Of a DNA stretch of 64,000 bases, positions 28,757-37,073 are shown one piece after another (position 1 is the first letter of the stretch; the number at the start of each line of letters is the position of its first letter). Under the pieces are notes generated by a model. The model saw nothing but the letters and a program-made list of their open reading frames with translations. It did not search any database and had not been told where the DNA came from. Both the position numbers and the translations under genes were made by a program. Source of the stretch: Escherichia phage PSD2001; sequence record OK254198.1; one strand, given 5' to 3'.

Positions 28757-28902
28757 AATGTTTTCCTCTTACCAACTAATGGACCATCAGGAACTTTATT
28801 TTCCTTGATGTACTTTTCATTTTCTTCCATCATTTTACTGCCAATTTTCAAAAGCAAATCCAGTGCTTCTTTTGCCTGACGTTCAGCTTCTTCTTGTGTC
28901 AT
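28753..28902 (-). CDS. Small hypothetical protein (49 aa)
   Basis: [49 protein letters not shown]; ATGA overlaps at both ends. Confidence 0.3.
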   Translation of the reverse strand: MTQEEAERQAKEALDLLLKIGSKMMEENEKYIKENKVPDGPLVGKRKTL

Positions 28903-29093
28903 GATTTATCTCCGTAGATATCACGCATCAGTTTAAGCACAGCTCGTTCGGTCTTCTTTTCCTGCATATCTTTGACGCTTGCGGCGGCCCATTCTTCAGC
29001 TTCGCGCTGCATTTCTTCCTCGGCTCTGGCCACCCAGGAATCATCAATCCCCGGGGTAACCAACCAATCTTTAAGCCAACTTGTAATTCTCAT
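28899..29093 (-). CDS. Hypothetical protein (64 aa)
   Basis: Minus-strand ORF; acidic and basic helical segments. Confidence 0.45.
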   Translation of the reverse strand: MRITSWLKDWLVTPGIDDSWVARAEEEMQREAEEWAAASVKDMQEKKTERAVLKLMRDIYGDKS

Positions 29094-29453
29094 TTAATCA
29101 CACGAGCTGGAAGATGAATCACAGCTTCCTGAATCATAGGAGGAATAAGACGAATCACCAGTCCACGAACTGACAGCGGCCGCAGTAACCACAATCGGAG
29201 TCATATCAATATGCGGTGTAGTATCGACATGGCTTGTAGAACGTCTTGAATCCAGATGCTCTTTTAACTTTTTCGAATTCAATGGCAATGCGCCTGGTCC
29301 GACATTACCGGCTTTTTCTGGGCGGCGACGAACTTCTTCCATCATACCATCGCCCATGTAAACATATTCTCTTAGTTTAACATCTGGCAGGCTAACAGGA
29401 ACCACCCCTTCACCAGGTTTAGTCTTGAATAAATTCTTGAGCCAACTAATCAT
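29094..29453 (-). CDS. Hypothetical protein (119 aa) with Ser/Cys-rich C-terminal tail
   Basis: Begins MISWLKNLF; ends SSWTGDSSYSSYDSGSCDSSSSSCD. Confidence 0.45.
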   Translation of the reverse strand: MISWLKNLFKTKPGEGVVPVSLPDVKLREYVYMGDGMMEEVRRRPEKAGNVGPGALPLNSKKLKEHLDSRRSTSHVDTTPHIDMTPIVVTAAAVSSWTGDSSYSSYDSGSCDSSSSSCD

Positions 29454-29647
29454 AGGAAACCTCGTTTAAATTCAACTTGACCATCATCATAACGGATTTC
29501 AATATTGAATTCTAAAGAATCATCATCGTGCATCATGAATGAATGTACGATAACCTCATCAAACACACCCAGACCATACTTAAAATGCACATCATGGGCA
29601 ATAACTTCATCTAAAGTTTTATTTGGTTTAATCCAACGGTTTAACAT
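29450..29647 (-). CDS. Hypothetical protein (65 aa)
   Basis: Minus-strand ORF overlapping the next gene. Confidence 0.4.
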   Translation of the reverse strand: MLNRWIKPNKTLDEVIAHDVHFKYGLGVFDEVIVHSFMMHDDDSLEFNIEIRYDDGQVEFKRGFL

Positions 29648-29692
29648 AGTATTCTCCTCTGTAGTTGAGATAATTATACCATCTCTATTAAA

Positions 29693-29719
29693 AGCAAAAA
29701 AGGGAACCCGAAGGTTCCC
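29693..29719 (-). terminator. Rho-independent terminator downstream of soc
   Basis: GGGAACC-cgaa-GGTTCCC hairpin followed by a T-run on the minus strand. Confidence 0.6.
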
Positions 29720-29724
29720 TATAA

Positions 29725-29958
29725 TTAAACTACTGGGGTAGGCGTAAACATCGCCGCGTTCTTAGTTCGCCAATCGGCTGCATCAGTCACTACAGTAGTA
29801 TAGGCTGCAACGGCCGAAGGGAAAGTCTGATAATGAGCATTGGCAATACGGTGCTCGTTTGAATAGATTTCAAACGGAACAGATACTTCAACACCTTTAA
29901 CTTCTTTACCTTCACCAGCTGGATGCGTAAAGGTTTTGATATTAACGAAACCACCCAT
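29725..29958 (-). CDS. soc: Small outer capsid protein Soc
   Basis: 77 aa; VNIKTF...AHYQTFPS..AAY.TV matches T4 Soc; has its own late promoter and terminator. Confidence 0.8.
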   Translation of the reverse strand: MGGFVNIKTFTHPAGEGKEVKGVEVSVPFEIYSNEHRIANAHYQTFPSAVAAYTTVVTDAADWRTKNAAMFTPTPVV

Positions 29959-29989
29959 AATAAACTCCTTTGTTGTTTAATTACAGGTG

Positions 29990-29997
29990 TATTTATA
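29990..29997 (-). promoter_or_regulatory. T4-type late promoter (TATAAATA) for soc
   Basis: Exact TATAAATA on the minus strand about 32 nt upstream of the soc ATG. Confidence 0.6.
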
Positions 29998-29999
29998 AC

Positions 30000-30281
30000 T
30001 TACAATTTGGCGGCTTGGACTGCTTTATTGGCTTCAGTCATTTTAGCTAGATTTTCAGCAGTAGGATTGACAATGTATTCGGCTGTAGCTTGAGCAAAAA
30101 CATTATGAGTTTCGATTACATTTTTAGCATTTTCAATATTCATATCAATTTCTTGTTTAGATAAATTTTTTAGTTGATTGGCTAAGAGTTCTACAAAGAT
30201 TTCAACATTAGCGTTTTCAATTATATCATTAATATGCTTCTTACGAGCTTTCTTAAGCTGACGTTTATTTAAACGAGGCAT
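30000..30281 (-). CDS. Hypothetical protein (93 aa)
   Basis: Minus-strand ORF between 56 and soc; basic N-terminus. Confidence 0.45.
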   Translation of the reverse strand: MPRLNKRQLKKARKKHINDIIENANVEIFVELLANQLKNLSKQEIDMNIENAKNVIETHNVFAQATAEYIVNPTAENLAKMTEANKAVQAAKL

Positions 30282-30799
30282 TAATAACCTCGGTCCTGAC
30301 GAGCAAAGTTCTCGGCATTTTTCAGGTAATACAGTTTAAAGATTTCTTCTGCAGTCAGTCCAAGACCATGGAACATATTTAGAACGAAATGTAGAATATC
30401 AATCATCTCGAATTTAATTTCTAGCTGGTCTTCAGGAGACAATTCATCAATACGACGATTACGGAATTCAGCATGTTGCGCTTTCCACGGCTTCCAGCAA
30501 CTGGATGCGGCTTTCTCACCATTAGACATGCCACCGAGCGAAGTCAGAAGTTCACGGAATTCGTCGTCAACATAATCTTTCTGGTTGCGAAGCCATGCAA
30601 CAACATCGCCTGCGGTTGCCAATTCATCTGGATGTGCGTTATATTCTGGTTTTTCTGTAGCCAGACGAACCTGCAAAGATTTCTGCATATCAAGCATAAT
30701 CTGCAGAGGGTCATCATTGCCTTTTAGGACATCATTATACGCATCTTGCGCTTTATCAACACCAGCAATCAGTTGAGAACACTCGTTAAAATGAGCCAT
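30281..30799 (-). CDS. 56: dCTP pyrophosphatase (dCTPase/dUTPase) gp56
   Basis: Start at the ATG giving MAHFNEC...; GVDKAQ, DPLQ.MLDMQ, ETAGDVV.W, DDEFRELLTSLG, SPEDQLEIKFE, EEIFKLYYLKN.ENFARQDRGY match T4 gp56. Confidence 0.85.
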   Translation of the reverse strand: MAHFNECSQLIAGVDKAQDAYNDVLKGNDDPLQIMLDMQKSLQVRLATEKPEYNAHPDELATAGDVVAWLRNQKDYVDDEFRELLTSLGGMSNGEKAASSCWKPWKAQHAEFRNRRIDELSPEDQLEIKFEMIDILHFVLNMFHGLGLTAEEIFKLYYLKNAENFARQDRGY

Positions 30800-30859
30800 T
30801 ATATTTTTCCTTATCAATTCATATTGTTTGTATGTTAATTATATCATATTGGTTTAAAG

Positions 30860-30867
30860 CATAAATA
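30860..30867 (+). promoter_or_regulatory. Candidate late-promoter-like box (CATAAATA) on the plus strand
   Basis: 7 of 8 match to TATAAATA, 17 nt upstream of a strong Shine-Dalgarno and ATG. Confidence 0.3.
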
Positions 30868-30883
30868 CAAGAAAGGAGGATGT

Positions 30884-31081
30884 ATGCTCAAACTATCTAG
30901 TCTAATTCAAGCCATCAAAGGCAGTCGTAAGCGAACGATTCTGGTCCTTTCGATACTCTGTTTTGTTCTACTCTGGAATTTCATTGTTGCCCCTATTGCA
31001 TTGACACATGGTGTTATATTACCAGTCGTCGCGCTCGAATCAGTTGTAGATGTTTCACTAGCATTAATCGGCCTTATATAG
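30884..31081 (+). CDS. Small hydrophobic membrane protein (65 aa) encoded antisense to the early gene array
   Basis: AAAGGAGGA Shine-Dalgarno 4 nt before the ATG; two predicted transmembrane helices; only the S/T-rich frame 30907-31116 opposes it. Confidence 0.35.
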   Translation: MLKLSSLIQAIKGSRKRTILVLSILCFVLLWNFIVAPIALTHGVILPVVALESVVDVSLALIGLI

Positions 31082-31189
31082 GTGGAACTTACTGGTTGTG
31101 CCCATCGCTGCAACACAAGGGGTGCACTTACCCCAGGTCACAATGGAACATATCCATTCCATCATCGGTTACTTTACCGGAATCCCTTC

Positions 31190-32218
31190 CTAAACTTTTG
31201 CGTACTTCGAAAGTCGCATTCTCGCCATCAATCCTTGAGCAACGTTATCGGCCATATATGATTCGATTTGTTCAGGGGTTGCCCCTTCTGATTTAACCAT
31301 CTCATTTATGTCTTTTGTATGCCATGGCGCATTGTCCCAGAACATAACAGCTTCGCCAGCTTCAACGAGCTTCTTCATACGTTTAATCGTATCCGGATGT
31401 CTTGGCTCGTTGTCCATCACCCACACTCTGGTTTCTGGATAAGGAACAGCTTCTAATGCTAATGTTCCACCGGTTATCGCAATGCTGTTAGGGATAAACA
31501 AACTATCAATCGGACCTTCCATTACCCATACACGTTTACGCTCATCAATCTTGTCTACGCCATAGACTTTGGAAGCTTCTGGGTGAGCTTTGATTGTGAT
31601 ATATTTTTGTGGTGCATCTTTGCGAAGAGCTCGTCCTTGGAAAGATTCGATTTCTTTTTTGCCGTTGAAGATAGGAATAACCAAGCGTGGTTCATTCGTT
31701 TCATTCTTATACGTCCCAGGATTAACGGAGTTAACTAATGCAGGCCATTGGTTTGTAAACCATAGTCGGTTCCAAACATTGCTTGGAATACATCGACTTT
31801 TTACATACTTAACTATCGGATGTGCTTCTGGTAAAGTATCGAGTCTTTCACAAAAAGCAAGCTGCTCGATAACCGGAGTTTTTTCTGGTTCTTTCGGAGT
31901 TTCAATGACTTCATTGCGTTGTCGCCCGAAGGCGTTCTCCTTGTACTTCTCAACCATATATTCCCGGTGTAAATCAGGCTCAAACTCTTTTATGTATTTG
32001 CTTATATGCGTGGAGTAGTCACAGTTAAAACATTTCACATAAACCGCACCATCAGACGGATTGGTATACGCCCAGAATCGAGCCTTGTGTGAATCTTTCT
32101 GGGAGTCCCCGCAAACCTTACAACGACAGTTTGCTTTAAATGTGCTCCCGGTGACTTCTCTATAACGTGGTTGATACGATAAAGCTCTGACTGCAAATTC
32201 TTTATCAATATATGACAT
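31190..32218 (-). CDS. 61: DNA primase gp61
   Basis: 342 aa (same as T4 gp61); N-terminal zinc ribbon CRCKVCGD...CFNCDY followed by a Toprim region. Confidence 0.9.
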   Translation of the reverse strand: MSYIDKEFAVRALSYQPRYREVTGSTFKANCRCKVCGDSQKDSHKARFWAYTNPSDGAVYVKCFNCDYSTHISKYIKEFEPDLHREYMVEKYKENAFGRQRNEVIETPKEPEKTPVIEQLAFCERLDTLPEAHPIVKYVKSRCIPSNVWNRLWFTNQWPALVNSVNPGTYKNETNEPRLVIPIFNGKKEIESFQGRALRKDAPQKYITIKAHPEASKVYGVDKIDERKRVWVMEGPIDSLFIPNSIAITGGTLALEAVPYPETRVWVMDNEPRHPDTIKRMKKLVEAGEAVMFWDNAPWHTKDINEMVKSEGATPEQIESYMADNVAQGLMARMRLSKYAKV

Positions 32219-32249
32219 AGTTTCCTCATTTCAATGGCCCCGAGGACCA

Positions 32250-32417
32250 TTATACTGTAGGTTTATCGTCTTTGTTCTTACGCTTTTTTGATGGGATTTG
32301 TTCAGGGCCTTTATTGACAACTGCCCCGGAAGTGGTACCTGTTGCGATATTAGTTGGGTTTCCACCTGCATCGCCAGCAACCATATCTTCGTTGATAAAA
32401 TCTTTGAATGTTTTCAT
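32250..32417 (-). CDS. Small hypothetical protein (55 aa)
   Basis: MKTFKDFINEDMVAGDAGGNPTNIATGTTSGAVVNKGPEQIPSKKRKNKDDKPTV; G-rich Shine-Dalgarno; below the track cut-off. Confidence 0.3.
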   Translation of the reverse strand: MKTFKDFINEDMVAGDAGGNPTNIATGTTSGAVVNKGPEQIPSKKRKNKDDKPTV

Positions 32418-32436
32418 AACACCCCCTTTCCGCTAT

Positions 32437-32628
32437 TTATACAACGAAGATAGCTTTATCACCATTTGCATCAGTCACTTCATAAGTGTCTTCATGATAC
32501 AACGGAATAATCCAGGTAACACCATCATCAGCGATAACATGGATTGCTTCTTGGTCTTGCGACACGATTTCATATTCTTCAAAAATCTGGAAGACCGAAA
32601 TCTTAGAGCCCGTACACATTGCACTCAT
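32437..32628 (-). CDS. Hypothetical protein (63 aa)
   Basis: Minus-strand ORF in the 61-41 interval. Confidence 0.35.
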   Translation of the reverse strand: MSAMCTGSKISVFQIFEEYEIVSQDQEAIHVIADDGVTWIIPLYHEDTYEVTDANGDKAIFVV

Positions 32629-32824
32629 ATTGTTCCCTTCTTTTAATTAGTTGACGATGCGCCTTTTTAAGTTTACGAATCTGGCGTTTAGTTGGTCGAG
32701 CAACGTAAGCTTGAGTAGTTACTCGTCCAAAAACTCCATACTTGGGAGACGGCGTATCAATAAAGACTTCCCATTGGCAAGAGTAACTATATATTGCTTT
32801 AGAGAATTGGGTCAAAACAAACAT
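32603..32824 (-). CDS. Hypothetical protein (73 aa)
   Basis: Minus-strand ORF, basic. Confidence 0.4.
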   Translation of the reverse strand: MFVLTQFSKAIYSYSCQWEVFIDTPSPKYGVFGRVTTQAYVARPTKRQIRKLKKAHRQLIKRREQYECNVYGL

Positions 32825-32825
32825 A

Positions 32826-33179
32826 TTAACCTCGCTTCATGAAGGCATTAAAAATCTGGTCGTCGACAGACTGTTCTTGAGCTTTGACCCAAGCCCCTTC
32901 CAAAATGTCATTTGCTTCAGTAGATAGCATGACCCCAATTTCAGGGTTTCCGGTTATCCATGCTGCACAATCACGTACATTCTTTTTATCAAATGGATAG
33001 CCGCGAGTATCTTCATAAGGTCCATTCATTACCATAAATGAGCGAGCCTTTATGATAACACCATCTTTAACGATAATATAACCAATCGCCTGATTAAACC
33101 GAGGCTCACGAAATTCATAATGAGCATTACCATCATTATTGCTCGTCAGTTCAAAATTCAGAAAATTATAATAACTCAT
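32826..33179 (-). CDS. Hypothetical protein (117 aa) ending SVDDQIFNAFMKRG
   Basis: C-terminal 13 aa and about 40 nt of 3' sequence are near-identical to the 3' end of the adjacent gene. Confidence 0.5.
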   Translation of the reverse strand: MSYYNFLNFELTSNNDGNAHYEFREPRFNQAIGYIIVKDGVIIKARSFMVMNGPYEDTRGYPFDKKNVRDCAAWITGNPEIGVMLSTEANDILEGAWVKAQEQSVDDQIFNAFMKRG

Positions 33180-33180
33180 A

Positions 33181-33621
33181 TTAATCTCGCTTCATGAAAG
33201 CATTAAAAATCTGGTCGTCAACTGAATAAACAGGGGTTTCCAGAAGTTTCAAAAGACTGTTTTTGATGTACTTACCAGGGATACCCATATTAACAATACT
33301 GTCATTCAATTCATTATCTGGGATGATGTCTTTAAATTCAAACCCGTCAAACTCAACCTTGTCAGGAATACCGTCAGCGAAAAAATAAACCAATTGGTGC
33401 ATTGTATTGCGCGAAAATAATTTAGACTTGACCGCAATAAGTTCTTGCCAATGGTTTAATTCTTTGTTAAGAAGTTTATGAGCAAACGTAATTCTATTGT
33501 CACTATCGACAAGAAAATAACCCAGGTATTGAATGGGTTCGTCGCTCCAAAACATCCTGTATGCTTGTGCATTTTGATTTTTACAACGAAGTTTTTTGAT
33601 AACTAAATTTCTGTTAATCAT
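33181..33621 (-). CDS. Hypothetical protein (146 aa) ending SVDDQIFNAFMKRD
   Basis: Start at the ATG at 33621 (AGGTGA Shine-Dalgarno), 1 nt after the upstream stop; shares its C-terminal tail with the previous gene. Confidence 0.5.
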   Translation of the reverse strand: MINRNLVIKKLRCKNQNAQAYRMFWSDEPIQYLGYFLVDSDNRITFAHKLLNKELNHWQELIAVKSKLFSRNTMHQLVYFFADGIPDKVEFDGFEFKDIIPDNELNDSIVNMGIPGKYIKNSLLKLLETPVYSVDDQIFNAFMKRD

Positions 33622-33622
33622 T

Positions 33623-33916
33623 TTATTCACCTGTAACCCATTGAACAATCTTGCTGTTGTCAAATGAAGCATCGCAATACAGAACATAGTTATACTGCAT
33701 AACGTCACCAGAAGCCAGTTGGTCAGATACTTCTTTAACCATATCAGGGTGGTCACGTTTAGTAATGTTCATGATATCAGCATAAATCTGATGTTCAACA
33801 TCGGTCTGGTCAGCAGTCATGGACCACTCACAAAGGTCTTTATCAAGTCCAGCAGTAACTGGAGCTGTACCACATGATGCTACGGTAAGAATTGCTGCGA
33901 TTAATAACTTTTTCAT
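33623..33916 (-). CDS. Secreted/lipoprotein-like small protein (97 aa), possibly Spackle (Sp)-like
   Basis: Signal peptide MKKLLIAAILTVASCG; four Cys; size and position in the 61-41 interval match T4 sp. Unverified. Confidence 0.4.
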   Translation of the reverse strand: MKKLLIAAILTVASCGTAPVTAGLDKDLCEWSMTADQTDVEHQIYADIMNITKRDHPDMVKEVSDQLASGDVMQYNYVLYCDASFDNSKIVQWVTGE

Positions 33917-33974
33917 TTCAATCTCCTCAGTAGTTGATAGGGATAATATACTGCATTATCCCTTTGATGTACAC

Positions 33975-34316
33975 TTATTTTTCACCTTCAACTGAAAAAC
34001 CGGTCAATTTGTAATATTCGGCACGTGCAATATGAAGAGCTGCTTCAATATCAGTAAGGCAGATTTCTTCATTTAACAGTTGCGCTTCAACGGTCAAAAT
34101 CAGATTACGCAATGCGGTACCCTTACGCATGTCTACTTTATGAATTAGCTTGTCATCAACAAAAGCTTCAACCAGCGCATTATAGTTATCAGCAGTCTTC
34201 TGGACATACCAGTGAATACCTGCGGGGTGGAACATGCTAGAACGTTCAAAAGATGGTACACCAACAGCACTCACTTTGATTGTTACTTTTACGCGGTCTT
34301 CTGGATTAAAAGCCAT
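33975..34316 (-). CDS. Hypothetical protein (113 aa), paralog of the following small gene
   Basis: YNALVEAFVDDKLIHKVDMRKG parallels NNALVKAFVNDNKVFECDYR in ORF 34317-34529. Confidence 0.45.
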   Translation of the reverse strand: MAFNPEDRVKVTIKVSAVGVPSFERSSMFHPAGIHWYVQKTADNYNALVEAFVDDKLIHKVDMRKGTALRNLILTVEAQLLNEEICLTDIEAALHIARAEYYKLTGFSVEGEK

Positions 34317-34529
34317 TTAGATTTCCTCAGATAAGTGGATACGATAATCACATTCAAAAACTTTATTGTCATTAACAAAGGCTTTCACCAGCGCATTATT
34401 CACTTCTGCATACTGCACTGTAACCCATTCAATCATATTTTGGTCACTAACATCCAGCGCAGTTTCTTTGGTAAACATATTACCATTTTCAAACCAACCA
34501 ATAAACACTACGTTCTCTAATTTATACAT
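34317..34529 (-). CDS. Small protein (70 aa), possible Dmd-like antitoxin
   Basis: Size and position adjacent to the 61.x/sp block fit T4 dmd; assignment is positional and low confidence. Confidence 0.3.
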   Translation of the reverse strand: MYKLENVVFIGWFENGNMFTKETALDVSDQNMIEWVTVQYAEVNNALVKAFVNDNKVFECDYRIHLSEEI

Positions 34530-34847
34530 TTAGATTTCCTCACAAAACGCCCAGTCTGCATGATAAACTGTTGCGCCTTTAGTATCATTTAAACAAACCA
34601 CGTCAACAGGTGCAATCACACGATAAAGACGGGGTTCTCCTCCATACGAGCGAGCTGCTCTTCCTGCATAGATACGCGCCAAACCAATATCTTCAGTAAA
34701 AAACACACGCCCTAAATTTTTCTTACGCCCAACTTCTGACAGAACACCAGTTACATCAGGAGGACAAAGCATATTTTGGATTCCAGCATTAGAGCTTGAC
34801 CCATGATAATAAACTTTGTATTCTGCCTTGCAATCAATGGTTTTCAT
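34530..34847 (-). CDS. Hypothetical protein (105 aa)
   Basis: Minus-strand ORF preceded by the shared leader. Confidence 0.45.
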   Translation of the reverse strand: MKTIDCKAEYKVYYHGSSSNAGIQNMLCPPDVTGVLSEVGRKKNLGRVFFTEDIGLARIYAGRAARSYGGEPRLYRVIAPVDVVCLNDTKGATVYHADWAFCEEI

Positions 34848-34885
34848 TTTATTCTCCAGTAGTTGATAGAGTCATTATAACATAA

Positions 34886-34906
34886 GAAAAAGGGGCTGTA
34901 AGCCCC
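34886..34906 (-). terminator. Rho-independent terminator
   Basis: GGGGC-ttaca-GCCCC hairpin followed by TTTTTT on the minus strand. Confidence 0.55.
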
Positions 34907-34915
34907 TTTATTCAC

Positions 34916-35218
34916 TTACGCCAACTCATAGTTGTGCATAGTCAGACAACGAATTTTCCCAGTAGTTGGGTGCATAACAGTCACACTAATTGTGTAATCA
35001 TCGCACACGTTAACAAAAGGTTCAGCGATAACATATACTTCACCGCCTGCAAGCAGATACTCACGAAGAGAGCTGCGAACAGATGAAGGTTGAACATCGC
35101 TTTTGAGCTTTATTAATTTACCAGTTTGAATGCCTGATGCGATAAGAGCAGCACAGTTTTCATCACGGCGAGCGAATTGTCCAAAATAGTAACGATTCAT
35201 GTCGGTTTGATTAAACAT
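34916..35218 (-). CDS. Hypothetical protein (100 aa)
   Basis: First ORF downstream of promoter cassette copy B. Confidence 0.45.
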   Translation of the reverse strand: MFNQTDMNRYYFGQFARRDENCAALIASGIQTGKLIKLKSDVQPSSVRSSLREYLLAGGEVYVIAEPFVNVCDDYTISVTVMHPTTGKIRCLTMHNYELA

Positions 35219-35246
35219 ATGGTTTTCCTTTTAACAGTTGGTTTAT

Positions 35247-35299
35247 TGTGTAACTCAGTATGGAATCATTATGTCCTAAGACAAGGGGGTTGTACACTA
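35247..35299 (-). repeat. 53-bp early promoter cassette, copy B (identical to 8924-8976)
   Basis: Exact 53-nt identity with copy A. Confidence 0.8.
35268..35297 (-). promoter_or_regulatory. T4-type early promoter
   Basis: Minus strand: GTGTAC, 18 nt, CATAAT. Confidence 0.45.
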
Positions 35300-35545
35300 T
35301 TTTAATTCATTAATTAAATGAAAATCTTGTGCATTGAAAGTAATGAAAAAATAATCATTCCCTTCAACTGAAGCATGACAAGCAACACTACACCAGCGCC
35401 TTGCTCTGTTCAATGAGCAATCCAAAATTTTAAAAGGCTTCAGACCAACAATGTCAGCTGTTCTTTTATTATGCTCACAAATATCAGCATACTTTTGGAG
35501 AGCTTCTTCAGATTTGAACTGGTAATGCACATTAACTAATAACAT
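35297..35545 (-). CDS. Hypothetical protein (82 aa)
   Basis: Minus-strand ORF preceded by the shared leader hairpin and a GTTTACA/TACTAT promoter. Confidence 0.45.
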   Translation of the reverse strand: MLLVNVHYQFKSEEALQKYADICEHNKRTADIVGLKPFKILDCSLNRARRWCSVACHASVEGNDYFFITFNAQDFHLINELK

Positions 35546-35613
35546 TTTATTATCCTCATCAGTAGTTGATGGGATAATAGTACACTCTTTTTATGGTGAT
35601 GTAAACCCCTAAA

Positions 35614-35632
35614 TGAAAAAGACCCGAAGGTC
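35614..35632 (-). terminator. Rho-independent terminator downstream of gene 41
   Basis: GACC-cgaa-GGTC hairpin followed by TTTTT on the minus strand. Confidence 0.5.
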
Positions 35633-35633
35633 T

Positions 35634-37073
35634 TTAGAATTTCATTTGAGCAGCAAGGTCGTCCAGGTCGCTCCTGTTGACCCTGGTTTGTCTATTCATT
35701 TCAGCCTGGCGATTCATCTCACCGGTGGCTTCTTTAACCGTAGGGCCTTGTTTAGGAGCTGAATCATCATCAATCTCGTACCAGCGCTGATTGCCTTTCT
35801 TAACACCCATCTTGAATTTATTATAGTAGTTCTTATCGCCATAACGAGACTTAAGCTGTTTGATTAACTGTAGTCCCATTTGAGCGAATTCTTCGGTCTC
35901 AACAACACCCAACATAAAGTCGGCCGTGTGAGCAATACCAAAGGATTCTGCGATGTCAGCCATATCAATCTCAGCTGCAACGTTTGCGCCCCTTGTTGTC
36001 TGCGCTGCAGTCCACAGGACTACATTTTTCTCGACCGCCAGACCACGAAGTTCTTCTGCAACCATCTTAATCAGACCGTAACTGTTTTCGGTAAACGTTT
36101 TCAGTCTTGAGCTTGCACAGATTGCCAGGTAGTCAACAATAATCACATCCGGCACAAACCCTTGCTTCAGTTTGTATTCATTCAATAATGCACGGAAGGT
36201 ATCCGCATGAGCACCGCCAGTTGGATATTGTTTTATCTTCAGAGTCCCAAGAGTCCCGGCTGCACGCCATTTTTCCATCTTAGCTTTATATTCCGCCCAT
36301 GACACATGACCTTCATCAATATCATCCAGAGATACATCCAGCAAGTTGGCATCAATACGTTTGGCACATACTTCTTCAGCCATTTCCATGCTTATATAAA
36401 GCACGTTATGACCAGTCTGAAGATAGTCGGCCGCTAACGAACAAAGTCCCAGAGATTTCCCGACGTTGGTCCCGGCCAGTAAAACGTTCTCTGTGCCGTA
36501 CTCAACTCCACCCTTCGTGATTTTATTCAGGATGTTAATGCGGAACGGAACCTTTTTCGATTTGTTCAGATAAGTCTGGAATCGAGCTTCGTAATCGTTT
36601 AACCAATCATGGCCCAGAGCAGAGTCAAAACAGATAGACAATGCATCGCGCATGATGTCGGGGATAGCACCAATATCCGGGATTCGTTTATCACGTTTAT
36701 CTTTCGGAAGTTCGGCATTACTCTGGATTTCGATAATCCTGGATGTGGCATTGAACATCGCAGATTTCTGCACATACTTCTCGGTTTCTCTAACCAACCA
36801 TTCTTGGTCTTCTGGAGTATCGGCCAGGACTCCTAAGAGTTTCTTTGTGCCTTCATATTCGACTTCAGAAAGGTCAGAACTGTCGAGCGCGATATCAAGT
36901 GCAGTCTTAGTTGGTACCGCTTGATATTCTTTTACGTGTTCGTTAATCGTATTAAAAAGGGTCTTCGCGGGACCCTTTTCAAAATATGTGTTATTCAGAT
37001 ACGGCCAGACTTTAACAAAATATTCCTTGTTAAAGAGTAGCTGGGATAAAATAGTTTCTACCACTTCCACCAC
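35634..37073 (-). CDS. 41: Replicative DNA helicase gp41 (DnaB family)
   Basis: 479 aa; Walker A GTNVGKS; LYISMEMAEEVCAKRIDAN, VDYL, KQYPTGGA match T4 gp41. Confidence 0.9.
   Translation of the reverse strand: MVEVVETILSQLLFNKEYFVKVWPYLNNTYFEKGPAKTLFNTINEHVKEYQAVPTKTALDIALDSSDLSEVEYEGTKKLLGVLADTPEDQEWLVRETEKYVQKSAMFNATSRIIEIQSNAELPKDKRDKRIPDIGAIPDIMRDALSICFDSALGHDWLNDYEARFQTYLNKSKKVPFRINILNKITKGGVEYGTENVLLAGTNVGKSLGLCSLAADYLQTGHNVLYISMEMAEEVCAKRIDANLLDVSLDDIDEGHVSWAEYKAKMEKWRAAGTLGTLKIKQYPTGGAHADTFRALLNEYKLKQGFVPDVIIVDYLAICASSRLKTFTENSYGLIKMVAEELRGLAVEKNVVLWTAAQTTRGANVAAEIDMADIAESFGIAHTADFMLGVVETEEFAQMGLQLIKQLKSRYGDKNYYNKFKMGVKKGNQRWYEIDDDSAPKQGPTVKEATGEMNRQAEMNRQTRVNRSDLDDLAAQMKF

Noticed and set aside
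30907-31116. 69-aa minus-strand ORF between genes 56 and 61
   Set aside because: Translation is S/T-rich and low complexity with no Shine-Dalgarno; the overlapping plus-strand ORF has a far better ribosome-binding site. It could still be real if the plus-strand gene is not expressed.
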